A DNA stretch of 64,000 nt from positions 1 through 64,000 of the forward strand of contig JAVRCJ020000031.1 in NCBI GenBank assembly GCA_034530875.2. Reading direction: 5' to 3'. The notes beneath the pieces were generated by a model. The model worked only from the letters and a program-made list of their open reading frames with translations. It made no database searches and was not told the origin of the DNA. Each line of letters starts with the position of its first letter. Position 1 is the stretch's first letter. The DNA comes from Nostoc sp. DedSLP01. Its GTDB lineage: Bacteria > Cyanobacteriota > Cyanobacteriia > Cyanobacteriales > Nostocaceae. The translations under genes were made by a program, and so were the position numbers. This document shows positions 60,186-64,000 of the stretch, piece after piece.

Positions 60186-62867
60186 ATGAGTGAAAAAATT
60201 AGGATTGTTGGCACGAATTCTCTAAAAGTTCAAAGGCAAAAAGCAATACGTTTTTGTCTCTACTTCCTAATGGGTTTGTTATGCATTCTCAGTTCGCCTG
60301 TGCTGGCAAAAGTTCCTAGTTCTATCGATGATTCAAAGCAACTGCCAATTAAAACTACTACCTCATTGGTTGTAGCTTCTCATGCTGCATCATTAGTACA
60401 AGAAGGGAAAGTTTTATACGATGCAGGAAACTTCGCCCAGGCAATAGAAGTGTTGCAACAAGCTGTCCAGGCATATAAGCAGCAAGGGGAAGATCTGAAA
60501 TTAGCAGCAACATTGAGTAATCTTTCTTTAGCCTATCAGCAGCTTGGTGCATGGAATGAGGCGCAAGAGGCAATTGCAGAGAGTTTAAATTTGCTCAAAG
60601 CTCGAGATAAAAATCAAAATCTGCAAATATTTGCCCGATCGCTAGATATTCAAGGTCGTTTGCAACTGTCAATGGGACGAGCCGAAGCGGCTTTAGCAAC
60701 TTGGCAGCAGACGGAAGAAATTTATAAACAAGCAGATAATCAAAATGGTGTGGTGCGATCGCTAATTAATCAAGCGCAAGCTTGGCAAGCCCAAGGATTT
60801 TACCCCCGTGCCATTAAAACACTCGAGAAAGTAAGTCAGAACTTACAATCTCAACCAGACTCCATAGAAAAAACGGTAAGTTTGCGATCGCTCGGCGATG
60901 CTCTTTTGGTAGTTGGCGATCTTAAAAAGTCTTACGAAGTTCTACAACAAAGCCTGAAAGTTTCTCAAAACCTAAAATCAAGTGCAAATATTGGCGCAAG
61001 TCTATTCAGCTTGGGAAATAACGCTCGCAAACAACACGATAAGCTAAATGCGATCGCTTATTATCAACAAACAGTTGCATTATCTCCCTCACCTCTGACA
61101 AAAGTCCAAGCGCAGCTCAATCAACTAAGTTTACTTATTGAAGACCAACAATGGCCAGAGGTACAAACTCTTTTACCATCCATTGAATCTCTACTCGACC
61201 AACTCCCCCTCAGCCGTGCTACTATCTATGCTCGGATTAATTATGCACAAAGTTTAACCAAAGTCAAAGATAATTATCCCCAAGTATCAAATAAAAATTC
61301 TTCTTCCCCACTCTCCACTCACCCTTCAGCACTGTTACTCGCCAGTGCCGTCGAACAAGCCCGCAGTTTAGGCGACAGGCGCGCAGAAGCTTATGCCTTG
61401 AAGAGTTTGGGCGGCTTGTACGAAGAAACTAAACAGTGGTCGGAGGCACAAAACCTAACTCTGCAAGGATTAGCTTTGGCACAAAGCTCTAATGCATCAG
61501 AAATTATGTATATATTAGAGTGGCAGTTAGGTAGATTACTCTGGGCACAAAAAGATATTAATGGTGCGATCGCAGCTTATGATTCTGCTGTAGATACTCT
61601 CCAATCTCTTCGCAGAGATTTAGTAGTCAGCAACGACATAGGTAATCAAGATGTACAATTCAACTTTCGGGACAGCGTAGAACCCGTTTACAGACAGTCA
61701 GTAGAATTATTGCTGCAATCTCAACAAGGAAAACCAGACGAAAAAATACTAGAGAAAGTACGGCAGCGAATCGAAGCACTCCAACTAGCAGAATTAGACG
61801 ACTTCTTCCGCGAAGCTTGTCTGCAAGGTCAAAGAGTAGCCCTTGATAATGTAGTAGACCGAGAGAATGCCAAGGCTGCAATTATCTATCCAATTATTCT
61901 GCCCCAAGAACTCCAGGTAATTGTCAAAATCCCCAAACAACCCCTACAAAATTACACTAACAAGATTTCCCAAACAAAAGTAGAAAAACTCTTAGTAGAC
62001 CTGCGGAGAAATCTTGTTAATCCCACCGCTACCAAAACTGTTAAAACCCAGTCACAACAAGTTTATAACTGGTTACTCAAACCCATTGAGTCAGAATTGC
62101 AAAAAAGTGGAGTCAATACCTTAGTATTTGTTCTAGACGGTGTATTACGCAATATACCAATGTCGGCTCTCTACGATGGTCAAAAATATTTAGTTGAGAA
62201 ATATGCAGTCGCTTTGAGTGTGGGTCTGCAACTCCTAGACCCAAAACCGCTGGTGGAACAGAAGTTAGTAGCCCTCACCGCAGGATTGACTCAGCCCCCG
62301 CCAGGATTTTCTAACTTTGCACCCTTACTGGGAATCAAATCTGAATTCGACGGTATTAACAAAGCAGGAGTTTCCACAACTAGTTTGCTGGATGGGGATT
62401 TTAAGAAAAAGAATTTAGAAAGTGAAATTTCGGCTGCTTCATTCAACATCGTGCATTTAGCAACCCACGGCCAGTTTAGTTCTCGTCTTGAAGACACTTT
62501 TATTTTGGATTATGACGGTCAAATTAACGTCAAAGATTTCGATACTCTCTTTCGCAGTCAAAGTAAAAGCGTAGTAGAACTATTAGTTTTGAGTGCTTGC
62601 CAAACAGCAACAGGAGACAGCCGTGCAGCCCTTGGTCTAGCAGGAGCAGCAGTCCGAGCAGGGGCGCGCAGTACCATCGCCTCTCTGTGGCAAATTGACG
62701 ATAAATCAACTGCGATGTTTGTGAGTGCGTTTTATCAAGAACTCAAAAGTGGCAAAATTACCAAAGCCGAAGCAGTCCACCGCGCTCAGTTAAAACTGCT
62801 GAGACATCCTAACTACAAAGCACCAAGCTTTTGGTCTTCCTATGTGTTAATTGGCAATTGGTTATGA
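60186..62867 (+). CDS. Exported TPR-CHAT domain protein
   Basis: N-terminal hydrophobic segment, TPRs, HLATHGQFSS, LSACQT, ASLW and FWSSYVLIGNWL; start uncertain (60096 or 60186). Confidence 0.85.
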   Translation: MSEKIRIVGTNSLKVQRQKAIRFCLYFLMGLLCILSSPVLAKVPSSIDDSKQLPIKTTTSLVVASHAASLVQEGKVLYDAGNFAQAIEVLQQAVQAYKQQGEDLKLAATLSNLSLAYQQLGAWNEAQEAIAESLNLLKARDKNQNLQIFARSLDIQGRLQLSMGRAEAALATWQQTEEIYKQADNQNGVVRSLINQAQAWQAQGFYPRAIKTLEKVSQNLQSQPDSIEKTVSLRSLGDALLVVGDLKKSYEVLQQSLKVSQNLKSSANIGASLFSLGNNARKQHDKLNAIAYYQQTVALSPSPLTKVQAQLNQLSLLIEDQQWPEVQTLLPSIESLLDQLPLSRATIYARINYAQSLTKVKDNYPQVSNKNSSSPLSTHPSALLLASAVEQARSLGDRRAEAYALKSLGGLYEETKQWSEAQNLTLQGLALAQSSNASEIMYILEWQLGRLLWAQKDINGAIAAYDSAVDTLQSLRRDLVVSNDIGNQDVQFNFRDSVEPVYRQSVELLLQSQQGKPDEKILEKVRQRIEALQLAELDDFFREACLQGQRVALDNVVDRENAKAAIIYPIILPQELQVIVKIPKQPLQNYTNKISQTKVEKLLVDLRRNLVNPTATKTVKTQSQQVYNWLLKPIESELQKSGVNTLVFVLDGVLRNIPMSALYDGQKYLVEKYAVALSVGLQLLDPKPLVEQKLVALTAGLTQPPPGFSNFAPLLGIKSEFDGINKAGVSTTSLLDGDFKKKNLESEISAASFNIVHLATHGQFSSRLEDTFILDYDGQINVKDFDTLFRSQSKSVVELLVLSACQTATGDSRAALGLAGAAVRAGARSTIASLWQIDDKSTAMFVSAFYQELKSGKITKAEAVHRAQLKLLRHPNYKAPSFWSSYVLIGNWL

Positions 62868-63119
62868 TGATTTAGCGCCGAAAACCGTCGCTCCAAGATT
62901 GCATAAAATCTAAATTTTTATTATTTCTAACCGCCCATCTTTAACCAACCAAAAACTTGATTGACGCTTAGTGTAAGTTCAATTTCTGATAATACAGACA
63001 AAAAATCATCAATGTTTTTTTAGTTTAGCAAGATGTATGAATGGATGCGTACCCGAACGCACCCATCCATACATCAACATAAAAACTACAACTTTGTAGT
63101 TGTAACTCTTAATTACGAA

Positions 63120-63659
63120 TTATTTATGCACTACTACTAAAGTCCCCGTTGAAGCCCAGTTGTAAAGATTGCGAGCTTGCTTAACAGGTAAATTCACACA
63201 ACCGTGGCTGACTGGAGTGCCAAAACGGTTATGCCAGTAGGCACCGTGGATGGCGTAACCTCTGTAGAAATACATTGTGTAAGGAACATCAGGAATATTG
63301 TAGCCCCGACCTCGCATCCTATGAGTGCGATACTTAGAATTAATCCGAAATCGACCTATGGGTGTGGGAGTCGATCGCTTACCGCCGGAAATTCGGTATG
63401 AATGAACGAGTTTGTTACCTTCCCATGCACGTAAGCGTTGTTCTGACAAGTCAATTTCAATCCAGCGAGGTTGGGATATTTGGCTGATACTAGATACAGT
63501 GATGCTGTTTTCATCGACTGACGTGGCTTTAGCTGTAGTAGAGTTGGGGTTACCTGCTAACGGCGGCGACCAAGAAAAGAAAGTCGCTACCATTAGCGCC
63601 ACGCCTGTACAAAAAGTTTTTGAGGAACGAATTCCACCACTGCGAATCCTGAATTGCAT
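63120..63659 (-). CDS. L,D-transpeptidase (YkuD domain)
   Basis: [23 protein letters not shown] and SHGCVNL. Confidence 0.92.
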   Translation of the reverse strand: MQFRIRSGGIRSSKTFCTGVALMVATFFSWSPPLAGNPNSTTAKATSVDENSITVSSISQISQPRWIEIDLSEQRLRAWEGNKLVHSYRISGGKRSTPTPIGRFRINSKYRTHRMRGRGYNIPDVPYTMYFYRGYAIHGAYWHNRFGTPVSHGCVNLPVKQARNLYNWASTGTLVVVHK

Positions 63660-64000
63660 TATGCCTCACCTTTTAAACTAATTAGTCATTAGTCATGAGC
63701 CATTAGTCCTTAGTTAAAGGATGAGTTTTAACTAAGAAACAATGACAAAAAATCTGTAGTTTAAATACAAAATGCAAAATTTCCCCAAATTATTTGCATT
63801 TGTAAGTTCGCACAGCAATTGTCAGGATTTACGCTTATTTATTTTAGGCAAATTGTGTCATTTCCAAATGGAATAGATAGAATTTTGGACATTTATGGTA
63901 CATTCTTTCAATCCAAAACGCTAAATCTAAAATTCCAAATTTGTATTTATGCCGTACTCTATATATTACTTGAAATAGAGTAATTGCGATTCCGAAGATT

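Overview
This window comes from a filamentous, Nostocales-type cyanobacterium. Evidence includes abundant HIP1 (GCGATCGC) sites, 7-nt STRR repeats, psaE, psb28, CP12 and a complete hmpA-F motility/chemotaxis locus. The most notable region is 228-6175, a minus-strand RiPP gene cluster. It encodes an APH-like kinase and a HopA1-like phospho-lyase (the split LanK/LanY-type dehydratase), an aldo/keto-reductase-fold protein with an altered catalytic tetrad, and a parvulin-type PPIase. It also has four precursor genes (55-59 aa) that the ORF track missed. They share a leader (ELFQDSESFLNEL...GG), and their cores strictly alternate Ser/Thr with hydrophobic or aromatic residues (e.g. RAAESVTVTITLTVTYSWSWTW, LLGITLTITVTITITFTL). 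No cyclase is present in the window. I infer a linear poly-dehydro peptide or, if reduced, an alternating L/D gramicidin-like ribosomal peptide; this is untested. A second accessory region (26.0-33.6 kb) holds a HigBA-like toxin-antitoxin pair and Uma2 genes. It also holds a small EACC1-like membrane protein coupled to a CHAT protease-NTPase-TPR protein, bracketed by 27-bp inverted repeats. The rest is mostly conserved housekeeping genes with many short repeats, some inserted in frame into genes. All functional calls come from motif recognition, without database searches.
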